From: Gaiellales bacterium
Lineage (GTDB): Bacteria; Actinomycetota; Thermoleophilia; Gaiellales; JAICJC01
Direction of reading: 5' to 3'
DNA: 64,000 nucleotides
Assembly: GCA_038230835.1 (NCBI GenBank)
Contig: JBBRMM010000003.1
Coordinates: 79,904-143,903 of the forward strand
Positions within the stretch are counted from its first letter, which is position 1, and every line of letters starts with the position of its first letter. A model generated the notes under the pieces. The model searched no databases. It worked only from the letters and a program-made list of their open reading frames with translations, and was not told the origin of the DNA. The position numbers were made by a program, and so were the translations under genes. Below are positions 1 through 9,350 of this stretch, piece by piece.

Positions 1-2
1 TG

Positions 3-719
3 CTTCGGATCTCCTACCACGGCCGCTCGGTCATCGCGGAGAAGCTCGATGTTGGCCGAGGTGGGCCGGCCCATCCGAAGATCGATCTCTGGTGGCAGAC
101 CGCAGCCCTCCTGGGCTTCAACGGGATTGGCGACGTTCGCATCACCGCCGCGCCCCCCGGAGCACAGCCGACCCCCATCCCTGGAGCACACTCGACCGGG
201 GATTCCATAGACACTCAGGCATGCGCGGGGTTCGTGGACGACGGCTCAGCCGGATCGCGTGCTGTTGCCGCCGCGCTTCGGTGGCTGGGAACCCCATACT
301 CGTGGGGCGGCGGCGACGCGAACGGTCCCACTCTTGGCACCTGCGGTCCGGCGGGGTGCCAGGGAGTTCGCGTCCGCGGGTTCGACTGCTCCGGGCTGAC
401 GCTGTATGCCTGGGCGCAGGCGGGTGTGTCTCTGTCGCATTTCACCGGTGACCAGTGGAACGAGGGCCTACGCCTCGCACCGTCGATCTCCGATGTTGAC
501 CAGCTGAGGCCGGGCGACCTGGTCTTCTTCAACATGGACGGACCGCTGGGTCACGTTGGCCTGTACGTCGGGGACGGAAAGATGGTCGAGGCTCCACACA
601 CCGGCGACGTCGTGAAGGTCGTCAACTTCACTGCCGGTGCCTACGCAGCGGCGTACGCCGGGGCGGTCCGACCGATGCCGCGATCGAGCCCGCTCGCGTC
701 GGCTGGGTCAGCGAGATGA
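3..719 (+). CDS. NlpC/P60 family cell-wall peptidase, 5' end outside the window
   Basis: The frame is open from the window edge. It carries the motifs GTPYSWGGG, GFDCSGL (catalytic Cys) and GHVGLYVGDGKMVEAPHTG (His). Its stop overlaps the next start (ATGA at 716). This type of hydrolase is typical of actinobacterial conjugation loci. Confidence 0.85.
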   Translation, partial: LRISYHGRSVIAEKLDVGRGGPAHPKIDLWWQTAALLGFNGIGDVRITAAPPGAQPTPIPGAHSTGDSIDTQACAGFVDDGSAGSRAVAAALRWLGTPYSWGGGDANGPTLGTCGPAGCQGVRVRGFDCSGLTLYAWAQAGVSLSHFTGDQWNEGLRLAPSISDVDQLRPGDLVFFNMDGPLGHVGLYVGDGKMVEAPHTGDVVKVVNFTAGAYAAAYAGAVRPMPRSSPLASAGSAR

Positions 720-2404
720 GCGCCAAGGCTCCGCGGTTCCCTCCACCGCGGTCGCAGGCGCATCCGCTCGAGGTTCTGGCAATTGGCGCGGTTGTCGTCG
801 TGGTCGCCATCGCCGCGGAGCTGTGGCTCACCGGGGAGCTCGCCGGGCGGCTCTTCGGTGGCGCATGGCCTCGAACGCCTCTCGGGGAAATGGCCCGTGT
901 GCTCGGCCGCTTCCGCGACCACGTGTCCGATCCGGCGAAGGCGTGGCCCCGTCCCGAGCGGCGGCTCATTCCTGCGGCAACAGCCTTCTACGCGACGGTC
1001 CTCACCACCCTAATACCGCTTGCCGGGGTGGGGCTTCTTGTCCTCCGGCACCGATCCCGATCGGCCCTCCCCAAGACTGGAGGCGCTCGCTGGGCGGGGA
1101 AGCGCGATCTGCGGCTCCTCCGAGTGGACGAACCACTTCCCGGTCGGCTGACGTTGGGGCACGTGGACGGCCATCTCGTGGCGGCGGAACCCCGCCAATC
1201 CGTGATCGTCGTTGGCCCAGTACAGACCGGGAAGACGTCCGGGTTCGCCGTCCCCGCGATCCTCGAATGGCAGGGGCCGGTCGTCGCCACGTCCGTCAAG
1301 ACGGATCTCCTTCGAGACACTCTTGCGGCGCGCTCGGCCATCTCGGGAGCCAGCGTGTGGGTGTACGACCCAACTGGAGGGACAGGAATTCCGTCGGCCG
1401 ACTGGACGCCGGTGGCCGGTTGCCACACCTGGCAGGGCGCGCAACGCACCGCGTCGTGGCTCGTCAATGCCGCGCGGCGAGGAACCGCGGGCATGGAGAA
1501 CGCCCAGTTCTGGTACGCAGCTTCGGAGAAGCTCTTGGCTCCGCTCTTGTTCGCCGCCGCGCACTCGGAGCAGACGATGGCGGACATCGTGCGCTGGGTC
1601 GACACCCAGGAGGAGGAGCAGGTCAGATGGGGCCTCGAACTGGCTGGCGATCCGGCCGCGATGGCGGCGTTCACGGCATCTACTCTGCGGGACGAACGCA
1701 CCCGTTCCAGCATCTACACCACGGCCGAGACCTTGCTCACCGCGTTTGCCGACCCGGGCGTGCTCGCCTCGGCGCTCGACGCCGAGATCCAGGCCGACCG
1801 CCTGCTCGACGGCGCCTCGCACACGCTATACCTCTGCGCGCCCGCCCACGAGCAGCGGCGCCTTCAGCCGCTCTTCGCGACGGTGATTCAGGAGATCGTT
1901 GCGCGCGCCTACGAGCGGTCGACGGAGATCGGCGGCCCGATCGACCCGCCCCTGCTGCTGGTACTCGACGAGTGCGCCAACATCGCGCCGCTCCGCGAGC
2001 TCGCGACGCTCGCCTCAACCGGAGCCGGCCAGGGAATCCAACTCGTCTCCGTCTTCCAGGATATGGCCCAGATCAACGCGGTGTACGGCCGCGACCGGGC
2101 ACCGACGATCGTCTCCAACCACCGAGCCAAAGTGATCCTGTCAGGGATCGCGGACGCTCAAACCATCGACTACGTTGCCCGACTCCTCGGGGACCAGGAA
2201 GTGCCCCAGGTCTCATCTACCAGCGATGGCGAAGGTCGTCGCTCGAAGACCGAGTCGATCGGGTACCGGAGCCTTGCGCCGGCCAACGTACTCCGAGAGA
2301 TGCAGCCCGGCAGTGGGCTCCTGGTCTACGGGCACGTGGCGCCGGCACGGATCGCGCTTCGACCATGGTTTAAGGATCGAAGGCTGCGGCGCCTGGCCGG
2401 CTAG
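716..2404 (+). CDS. Type IV secretion coupling protein (VirD4/TraG-like T4CP)
   Basis: 562 aa with N-terminal hydrophobic helices, Walker A VVGPVQTGKTSG, Walker B-like LLLVLDECANIAP, and QLVSVFQDMAQINAVYG typical of the TraG/TraD family. Confidence 0.85.
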   Translation: MSAKAPRFPPPRSQAHPLEVLAIGAVVVVVAIAAELWLTGELAGRLFGGAWPRTPLGEMARVLGRFRDHVSDPAKAWPRPERRLIPAATAFYATVLTTLIPLAGVGLLVLRHRSRSALPKTGGARWAGKRDLRLLRVDEPLPGRLTLGHVDGHLVAAEPRQSVIVVGPVQTGKTSGFAVPAILEWQGPVVATSVKTDLLRDTLAARSAISGASVWVYDPTGGTGIPSADWTPVAGCHTWQGAQRTASWLVNAARRGTAGMENAQFWYAASEKLLAPLLFAAAHSEQTMADIVRWVDTQEEEQVRWGLELAGDPAAMAAFTASTLRDERTRSSIYTTAETLLTAFADPGVLASALDAEIQADRLLDGASHTLYLCAPAHEQRRLQPLFATVIQEIVARAYERSTEIGGPIDPPLLLVLDECANIAPLRELATLASTGAGQGIQLVSVFQDMAQINAVYGRDRAPTIVSNHRAKVILSGIADAQTIDYVARLLGDQEVPQVSSTSDGEGRRSKTESIGYRSLAPANVLREMQPGSGLLVYGHVAPARIALRPWFKDRRLRRLAG

Positions 2405-5114
2405 ATGTAGATGCGAGGGTGGGCCTACCGACGACGCCGGCTGCGGATGCGCGTATCCCGGAGACGGCACGCGCGACGGCGGCGGGCAGTGTTAGATGTC
2501 CTTTCGGGACAAACGCATACGGAACCAATGTGATCCGTTCGCGCGTCCGCTCGCGAACGAGGACTCTAAGCTCCGTTCGGATCTCGTCGTGGATATCGAC
2601 GCCAACCGAGGCTCCCATCTCTAGCGACGCGACTATCGCGTATCGCACCGGCATTGCGAGGCGGCCGGCGTCCACGCGACAATCGACGTTGATCTCTAGC
2701 GCGTCGCCACGAGTGAAGCCGACGGCCGCCCTGCCTTCGAGCACGTGGTGCTGAACTGTCCCCTTTGCGAGCGCATGGCGGTCGGCCTCAATCGGGTTGA
2801 CGCCGACCTCCGCTCGCGGTGGTGTCACAGAAAGCCGTGCCATTCTGTACTTTTGGGACCGAGGGTTCACGGGCGTTAGCCACGCGAGAGTCACGGTAAG
2901 ACGACGCCATTCCGCTTTTGCTGCAAGCGACGGCGGCAATGGGAAGACGTGTGTGTGACGAACGTCCTTCGATATCGAGGCCGCTCCGATGACGACAGCG
3001 CGTATTGGACTGGCCGATGCCACGCGATCGATATGTACACGGCCGTAGCCCAGGATCTGCGTCAGCTTCCGTCGGGCCTGGACCGGATCGAGGTTGAGCA
3101 GCGCTCTGAATGACGGCTGAAGCTCGCCCCATCGCGCCGCGTGAACGAGGAGCGCTTTCGCGAGAACCGGGTGATACTGGGGATCCGGGAATTCGAAGGC
3201 GCCATCGTCCGGCTCAAGGGTTTCCAACTCTTCGAGGATATGGCCCAGCGCTCGGGTCGCCAGCGCTGCGGCGTTGCTTGTCCCACACGAGAATGAGGTG
3301 GAGTTGAGGCTGCCCGCCATCCCTGGCGAAGCCGTGCGAAGCCCAGGCCCTACGGCTGGTGCGATAGCAGGGTCGTAGGCAATCTCCGGTTCGCCAGTCT
3401 GAGGGGGATTGATGAAAAACTCTCGGCCGCCCGGGAGTAGCACCTCCGGCTTCACCGATCGGCGGTATCCAAAGCCGACCGGACTATAGGCCGCAACCAA
3501 TCCATCAGGAATTAGATCGATCACGCCGTCGCTCGACGGCGGGTCGGCCCGATCCTCGTGCAGCGCTCCGACTGTGATGGCATTGACAGCTTCGGCAGGC
3601 GAGAGCAAACGCCGTGTTCGCGCCTGGTCGAACATCGAGACGGCGGCGGCCCGGCGCACAGCGTCGATGTCCCCCAACACACCCGCCGCAATGACGGGTC
3701 TCGCCGATGTGTTTCCTCCGCTGACGACAACAATTACGTTGTAATGGTGGCTGAGCCAGTCAACGAGCCTCGCGAGAGGGCTCATTCGGCGGACGAACTG
3801 CCGGCCAGGATCACCTATCGAAAGATTGAAAACCCGCACGCTCGGTGCGACTGCGGCTGCCCCGCCCTCGAACACACGTCGAAACGCTCTATGCACCACG
3901 TCAACCAAAGATTCGTCCGTGGGCACGGTTTCGTGGTCCGTGAAGAACGTATGAGGCTCCAGGATCGGGTAGACGTAGATCGGGTGCGCCAGGGGAGTGC
4001 CTGGATCCGAGAGATCTCCATGAATGATTAGGGATGCCATCGCCGTGCCGTGACTCTGCTGGCTTGGCGCATATTTCGAACCGCGGTCGTCAGGATCGTC
4101 AATGAGAACACGACCGCGAAGGGCATCGTGGTTTTCGAGCGGCAGACCGTCCAGCAGGGCGATCCGCGGCAACCCGGTGGAAGGACTATCCACGACAGGG
4201 ACCGCCGCGAGCTTGACTGGTTCCAGTACGGGAATAGCCATCGGCCGATGCGCACTGACGAACATGACCGACTCGGCCTGCAAGAGCTCAATCGCATCTG
4301 TGCCACGCCGGAGAACCTGTTCAACCGTGTTGTAAGGGATATCCGCGAGCACGCTATGGAAGGCGATCTCGGCAAAGGATGAGCTGCTGACGAAGGTACC
4401 GCTGGCGTCGCTGATGATCTTCACGACGTCTTGCTCTGCGGCGCGCCGACGAGCCTCGTCATCCCGGTACCAAAGTTCGATCTCGACTCGCGCGTACCCC
4501 CGCGCGCCGATCATCTCGACGTCCTCCTGCCAAGCTTCAAGGAGGCCTGTTTCGCGAACGCGATCCTCGGGACCCCACTTTCGTACGGACCGAAGGAGCC
4601 CAAAAACATTCTTCAGGGGATTCAAGCCCCTTTCGAATGTGATGGATTGATCGTCCTGCCACAAACCGAAGAGGCGCACCAGCTCCGTGACTGCTCGGGC
4701 GTCCGACATAACCATGTACAAGGAACAAGGGACGCCATCGTCTGCAATCTCACCGGTGGCTTCGTAGTAGAAATCGTCATCGGGATCGACGTAGTCCTCT
4801 TGGCTTTCCACGAGAAACTCTAGGCCCGGCACTTTCGCTGCAGCTCGCATGAAGCCCTCTTCGTTCCCTGCGAGATCGAATACGGCGACGAGTTCGGGAT
4901 CGCTCGTTACTGCCGACGCGACCAGCTCAGCCCGTTGCTCACTGAGGGCATCCTGGAGCGATCCAAACTGCGGTGTGAGGCGCGCCCCCTGTGCGCGCGC
5001 CCCTGGACGCTTCAGCGGACGAAAGGAGGTACGCGCTGCTGGTATCGCCCCAGCCGCTGGCGTCCCGAGCGCGAGGATCTCCCGCCGTTCCGCTAACCCG
5101 CTTGGAGTCGCCAT
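2370..5114 (-). CDS. ietS: S8 subtilisin-like serine peptidase, IetS-like, with an uncharacterised N-terminal region of about 330 aa
   Basis: 914 aa. The S8 triad context is visible: IALLDGLP (Asp), SHGTAMASLIIHGD (His), SCGTSNAAALATRA (Ser). The start overlaps the stop of the upstream AAA ATPase by 22 nt. The IetS assignment is inferred from the gene pair architecture. Confidence 0.75.
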   Translation of the reverse strand: MATPSGLAERREILALGTPAAGAIPAARTSFRPLKRPGARAQGARLTPQFGSLQDALSEQRAELVASAVTSDPELVAVFDLAGNEEGFMRAAAKVPGLEFLVESQEDYVDPDDDFYYEATGEIADDGVPCSLYMVMSDARAVTELVRLFGLWQDDQSITFERGLNPLKNVFGLLRSVRKWGPEDRVRETGLLEAWQEDVEMIGARGYARVEIELWYRDDEARRRAAEQDVVKIISDASGTFVSSSSFAEIAFHSVLADIPYNTVEQVLRRGTDAIELLQAESVMFVSAHRPMAIPVLEPVKLAAVPVVDSPSTGLPRIALLDGLPLENHDALRGRVLIDDPDDRGSKYAPSQQSHGTAMASLIIHGDLSDPGTPLAHPIYVYPILEPHTFFTDHETVPTDESLVDVVHRAFRRVFEGGAAAVAPSVRVFNLSIGDPGRQFVRRMSPLARLVDWLSHHYNVIVVVSGGNTSARPVIAAGVLGDIDAVRRAAAVSMFDQARTRRLLSPAEAVNAITVGALHEDRADPPSSDGVIDLIPDGLVAAYSPVGFGYRRSVKPEVLLPGGREFFINPPQTGEPEIAYDPAIAPAVGPGLRTASPGMAGSLNSTSFSCGTSNAAALATRALGHILEELETLEPDDGAFEFPDPQYHPVLAKALLVHAARWGELQPSFRALLNLDPVQARRKLTQILGYGRVHIDRVASASPIRAVVIGAASISKDVRHTHVFPLPPSLAAKAEWRRLTVTLAWLTPVNPRSQKYRMARLSVTPPRAEVGVNPIEADRHALAKGTVQHHVLEGRAAVGFTRGDALEINVDCRVDAGRLAMPVRYAIVASLEMGASVGVDIHDEIRTELRVLVRERTRERITLVPYAFVPKGHLTLPAAVARAVSGIRASAAGVVGRPTLASTSSRPGAAAFDP

Positions 5115-6049
5115 TGCTCAATGCAGCCGCGGACGATCGCTTTCAGATCGCCTTCTGGAAGTGCAAGAACGTAACGTCGCCGGACATCGAGGGCGAACTG
5201 TTCCAGTTCTGAGTAGCTTGCCCCCCGTAGGCGATCGGCGAGGGTTCTTGGTGTAAGTCCCAAAGCTCCAAGCCGAGAAGTCAGGATCTCCAGAAACCGA
5301 GTTGCCTCCACCCGCGTCGGAGGCTTCAGCGTGAGTCGAATCTGAAACCGCCGCCAGGCGGCTCGATCAAGGAGCTCCGCGTGATTCGTTGCGCAAACGA
5401 CGATCACGTGTGCTGGCAACCGATCGATCTGCAACAACAGCGTAGAGACCACACGCTTTATCTCACCCGTCTCGTGTACATCCGATCGTTCCTTGGCCAG
5501 TGTGTCAAACTCGTCAAAGAACAGGACACAGCGACGGGTCCTCGCGAACTCGAAAGCTTGATCCAACCGGGCAGTCGTCTCCCCTAAGAAGCTCGAGACG
5601 ACGCCCTCGTATCGCACCACATAAAACGGCAGCATGGTCTCCGTAGCGATGGCCTCGGCGAGGCTCGTCTTACCGTTTCCCGGAGGACCTTCAAGGAGCA
5701 CGCGGTTTCTCGGCACAAGATTGTGGCTGCGGAGCAGTTCGATCCGGTGGTGCTCCTCGATGAGTTCGGCGGCGGCGGTGGCCACGGCCGGCGCGAGCTG
5801 GAGCGTACTGAGGCGGCGCGTAGGGACAATCTCGTGGACCAGGTCCGTCACACGAGATGCAGCGCCATCGCGTTCCAACATCCCGGCAGAACCGACGGTC
5901 GTGATTAGCTCGGAGAGCCTGTCGGCGACGAGATGGTGTTGTTTAGCCCGCTCCTCGGCGATGATCGCCTCTACGAGCACGCGAAATCGGTCTCTGTCGT
6001 TGCGTCGTTCGGCTTCGACGAGGTCAACGAGAAGATCAGAACGTGCCAT
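5093..6049 (-). CDS. ietA: AAA+ ATPase, IetA-like
   Basis: 318 aa with Walker A LLEGPPGNGKTSLA, Walker B VLFFDEFD, sensor VVCATNH and an arginine-finger region RAAWRRF. It lies directly upstream of the S8 peptidase and is translationally coupled to it. Confidence 0.8.
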   Translation of the reverse strand: MARSDLLVDLVEAERRNDRDRFRVLVEAIIAEERAKQHHLVADRLSELITTVGSAGMLERDGAASRVTDLVHEIVPTRRLSTLQLAPAVATAAAELIEEHHRIELLRSHNLVPRNRVLLEGPPGNGKTSLAEAIATETMLPFYVVRYEGVVSSFLGETTARLDQAFEFARTRRCVLFFDEFDTLAKERSDVHETGEIKRVVSTLLLQIDRLPAHVIVVCATNHAELLDRAAWRRFQIRLTLKPPTRVEATRFLEILTSRLGALGLTPRTLADRLRGASYSELEQFALDVRRRYVLALPEGDLKAIVRGCIEQWRLQAG

Positions 6050-6317
6050 CAGAGCCGATCCGGCATTGTGGGAGTCTACGGCAACTCACGATGGAAGCTT
6101 GCCAGGTACCGCGGATGACCGCCCGGATCCGACCGGCGGGCGAGGAATGTCGATTCCGAGTGTCTGTGCCCGGTGGCGCCCAGCGGCGGGTGGCTCGATC
6201 TGGCAGAGCTGGTTGAGTCGGGCCGCACGGCGCTGGCTCCCTCGCCAACTGGACACTTCCGGTGCGGGGCGCGCTGGCCGAGCATACGGGAGGCTACTGA
6301 GCATCTGGCGGCCGCCC

Positions 6318-9254
6318 TTATCTCTCGATGCCGAGTTCACGCGTCTCCCTCGCCCACGGGCTCCGCACGATCTCAATCGGTACTCGCTCCGCAAGCCGCT
6401 CAGGCGTGCGATCTGCTCTACGCGTCTTGAACTTCGCCTGTTCGAGGAGAGCTGTGGTCTCGGCAAGCCGTTCATCAGCCAGATCGATCGCATACCGCTG
6501 AAGCCCTATCTCGGTGCGGACCTCGTCGCGACGGCGGCGCCGAACCGGGCTACGGTGCGCGAGTTCGCGTTCGGCCATCTCTAGTCTCCGCTCAGCGACT
6601 TCGCGCGTCTTCACAAGTGCGCGGCGCTTCTGCTCGAGAAGCCGCAGGTGCAACTGGTCATCCACGTTCGGCGCCGAGCGCTCGATCTCCGGTCGCGCCG
6701 CGTGCCTCGGGCCGGACGGGAGCGGGCGCTGGTCGACTGCGAGCCGCTCGACCGCGGACTCCTCGAGCGCGCGGCCGAAGCGGCTGAGCGGGTCGCGGTC
6801 GTCGAGGTCGTGGAAGTGGCTCTCCTGCTCGCGCGGGTTGCCGGTGACGTAGAGGCGTGTCTCCGTTCGCGCGCGGGACAGTGCGACGTATCCCCATTCC
6901 TGCAGCCGTGCCTCGCCGGCTCCGAGGACGAAGGCGCGCTCGACGGTGAGACCCTGCGCGGCGTGACCTGTGAGGGCGTACGCGTGGCGAACATTGCCGG
7001 CCTCCAGGTAGCGGCGGCTGAGCTCGACGGTGGGGCCGCGGTCGGTCGCAACGACGAGTGCCCGCCGGTCGTGGTCGACGCGCTCCACCGTGCCGCAGGT
7101 GCCGTTCTTGACGCCGAGTACGTCCGAGTTGCGCAGGCAGACGACGCGGTCGCCGGCGGCGAACTCGCTGTCCGAGATGGTGAGCCGCTCCTTGCCGAGC
7201 CGCCCATCCCTCTCCATCAGCGAATGAGCGAGCTGGTTGAGGTCGGAGACGTCACGGCGGCGGAGCGCGAGCATGACGTTGCCGCCCAGGTCGTCATGGG
7301 CGTGCTCCCACCAGTCGGCGAGCAGGCGCGTTCGCGTCGTCACGGGGCTCTCGGAGACGAGCAGCCGTTCACGCTTCTCGGCGTAGGCCAGGTAGTCGCG
7401 ACCGACGCCGGCCCGGATGCGGGCGAGCGCGTAACGCTCGACCTCGTCGCGCTGGCGGCGGTTCTCCTGGAGGACAACAGCGCCCTCGCGCTCGACGATG
7501 CCCGCGAAGAGCCCGCCTGCGCCGACGGCAGGCAGCTGGTGCGGATCGCCGATCAAGATGACCTTGGCCTGTGCCTGTTCGGCGAGTTCGAGCACTCGGG
7601 CGAGGACGCGTGTCTCGGCCATGCCGGCCTCGTCGACGATGAGCACGCTCGAGTGAGGCAACCCTCCCTCGTGGCGCGTGTCCTCGAGCAGTCGATGGAG
7701 CGTGACGGAAGCGATGCCGGTCTCATCCTGGAGCTTCTCGGCCGCGACGCCAGACGGCGCAACGCCGATCACGGGGACGCCCTCGTGAGCGAAGACCTGT
7801 GCAACGGCATGGGTGGCGGTGGTCTTGCCGGCGCCCGCGATGCCGACGACGCAGACGACCCGGCCCTCGCTCGTCGCAACCTCGCGCACCATCGTCTCCT
7901 GCTCGTCCGACAGCTCCAAGCGGTCGGCGCGCTCGATCTCGGCGACACGCCGCTCGCTGATTGATGGTGCTTTGGCGTCCCGGCCACGCGCGACGAGTGC
8001 GAGCGCCGCTCGCTCGACCGCGATCAGCTCGGCCGTCGAGTAGCGGGTCGGACGGCCCGGTGACGGCGCCTCACCGACATGCTCGACACCGTCGGTCTGT
8101 GTGAGCCGTGCGGCAAGCTGGCGCACTCGGTCGGCGGACGCACCGGCCGTGTGGGCTTCCGACCACGCCACGACGACGTCGGGATCGGAGAATGCCGTCC
8201 GCTTTTCGGTCAGCCCCTGTGGCCCGAGCAGGCGCCGGGCGATCCGAAGCAGCTCGTCGGCGTCGGGCTGACGGTGCCGGACGCGCCCGAGCAGCGCACG
8301 CAGCTCGCGCGTCCCGAGGCCATGTTCGGCTGCCCGCGCTCGCCAGTCCTCACGCAGCCCCACGAGGTCGATCTGCTCCTTGCGCTCTCGTGTCTCGACC
8401 GCCGCGAGCTGTGCAGCGTAGAAACCGCCATCGCCGCGGCGGGCGAGTTGCTCCTCGACCTGGATTCTCCGCGTCGAGAACTCGCGGATCACGCCGCGCG
8501 GAACATGCCGAAGATCCGCCAGGCCCTTCTGCGGCGTCTCCCACTCGACCCCAACCGCGCGCGTGAGCTCGTTCCGCAGATGGGCCTGGTAGAGGTAGCC
8601 GGCAGCGAGCCGGTAGGTGCGCAGGATCGCCTCCCCGTCGAGCGCTCGCCACTCCTGGTCGGCCGGTGACTGCGCCATGTTGGCCACAATCACGTGCGTG
8701 TGCAGGTGCGGGTCCTGGGCGCGGCTCGTGCGGTGCTGGTACGCGGCGGCGACGAATCCGACGGCATGCTCGCGACGCCTCCCTTGCGCCTCACGCCGGA
8801 TCACGCATGCTTCGTCCTCGAGATAGGCGAGGGCCGCCTGCCAGGCGCTCGTGTGCGCCTCGTTGACGGCTCGGCGGGTTTCCTCGTCGCCGAGCGCATG
8901 CAAGAGGCTGACGCTCTTCGGGACGCTGAAGACGAGGTCGAAGCCGGCGACGGGCGCGAGCTTCTTCGTCTCGACGACGCGCTCGTCTGTCAGCGGGTTG
9001 ATCCGCTCGATCGTGATCTGCCGTGCCCGTCGGTGCATGCGCAGCTCGGCATCGGTGTGCGGGTGGCGGCCGCGGATCAGCCGCCCGAGCTCACCCTCCT
9101 GCACGAGCCCTTCGAGCTCGAGCTCACGAGCGCCGCGACCTGCCCAGACGCCGGGTGACTCACCGCGGCCCGCGTAGTAGTCGTCGAGCCCCGCCGCAAC
9201 CGAGCGCTCGTAGTAGCCCTCCTGCCCCGGCGTGAGTTTCGCGACGCTCAGCAC
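6318..9254 (-). CDS. MobF-family conjugative relaxase (TrwC/TraA-like) fused to a RecD-like SF1 helicase
   Basis: The N-terminus VLSVAKLTPGQEGYYERSVAAGLDDYY and the His motif DPHLHTHVIVANM indicate a TrwC relaxase. The helicase part shows VVGIAGAGKTT, IVDEAGM, ILIGDPHQLPAV and GHAAQGLTV. I chose the GTG at 9254 as the start; the ORF-track ATG at 9311 adds 19 non-conserved residues. Confidence 0.9.
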   Translation of the reverse strand: MLSVAKLTPGQEGYYERSVAAGLDDYYAGRGESPGVWAGRGARELELEGLVQEGELGRLIRGRHPHTDAELRMHRRARQITIERINPLTDERVVETKKLAPVAGFDLVFSVPKSVSLLHALGDEETRRAVNEAHTSAWQAALAYLEDEACVIRREAQGRRREHAVGFVAAAYQHRTSRAQDPHLHTHVIVANMAQSPADQEWRALDGEAILRTYRLAAGYLYQAHLRNELTRAVGVEWETPQKGLADLRHVPRGVIREFSTRRIQVEEQLARRGDGGFYAAQLAAVETRERKEQIDLVGLREDWRARAAEHGLGTRELRALLGRVRHRQPDADELLRIARRLLGPQGLTEKRTAFSDPDVVVAWSEAHTAGASADRVRQLAARLTQTDGVEHVGEAPSPGRPTRYSTAELIAVERAALALVARGRDAKAPSISERRVAEIERADRLELSDEQETMVREVATSEGRVVCVVGIAGAGKTTATHAVAQVFAHEGVPVIGVAPSGVAAEKLQDETGIASVTLHRLLEDTRHEGGLPHSSVLIVDEAGMAETRVLARVLELAEQAQAKVILIGDPHQLPAVGAGGLFAGIVEREGAVVLQENRRQRDEVERYALARIRAGVGRDYLAYAEKRERLLVSESPVTTRTRLLADWWEHAHDDLGGNVMLALRRRDVSDLNQLAHSLMERDGRLGKERLTISDSEFAAGDRVVCLRNSDVLGVKNGTCGTVERVDHDRRALVVATDRGPTVELSRRYLEAGNVRHAYALTGHAAQGLTVERAFVLGAGEARLQEWGYVALSRARTETRLYVTGNPREQESHFHDLDDRDPLSRFGRALEESAVERLAVDQRPLPSGPRHAARPEIERSAPNVDDQLHLRLLEQKRRALVKTREVAERRLEMAERELAHRSPVRRRRRDEVRTEIGLQRYAIDLADERLAETTALLEQAKFKTRRADRTPERLAERVPIEIVRSPWARETRELGIER

Positions 9255-9273
9255 GAGTGTGACTATAGCGCAT

Positions 9274-9295
9274 CTCGACCCATTTATGGGTCGAG
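9274..9295. promoter_or_regulatory. Perfect 9-bp inverted repeat (CTCGACCCA-TTTA-TGGGTCGAG) directly upstream of the relaxase gene; candidate oriT hairpin
   Basis: Read directly from the sequence. The repeat is flanked by GACTATAGCGCA on one side and TGCATCTGTGTCTCAC on the other. These recall the hairpin-plus-TGTCT/ATAG layout of MobF oriT nic regions as I remember it for R388. Confidence 0.4.
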
Positions 9296-9350
9296 TGCAT
9301 CTGTGTCTCACTACCTACCGAGGGTAGTAGATAAGGCGGACGGTTGCTGT

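Noticed and set aside
637-2373. 578-aa ORF in another frame on the same strand, overlapping the T4CP gene
   Set aside because: The translation is Arg/Pro/Gly-rich and low in complexity, with no motifs. The alternative frame (716-2404) has clear Walker motifs. This is a typical high-GC shadow ORF.
6648-7964. 438-aa ORF antisense to the relaxase-helicase gene
   Set aside because: It lies entirely inside a strongly supported gene on the other strand. Its composition is biased and I recognise no domain.
9255-9311. Upstream ATG start for the relaxase
   Set aside because: The 19 extra residues (MRHRCTRPINGSRCAIVTL) precede the conserved TrwC N-terminus (V/M)LSVAKL. They would also place the candidate oriT hairpin inside the coding sequence.
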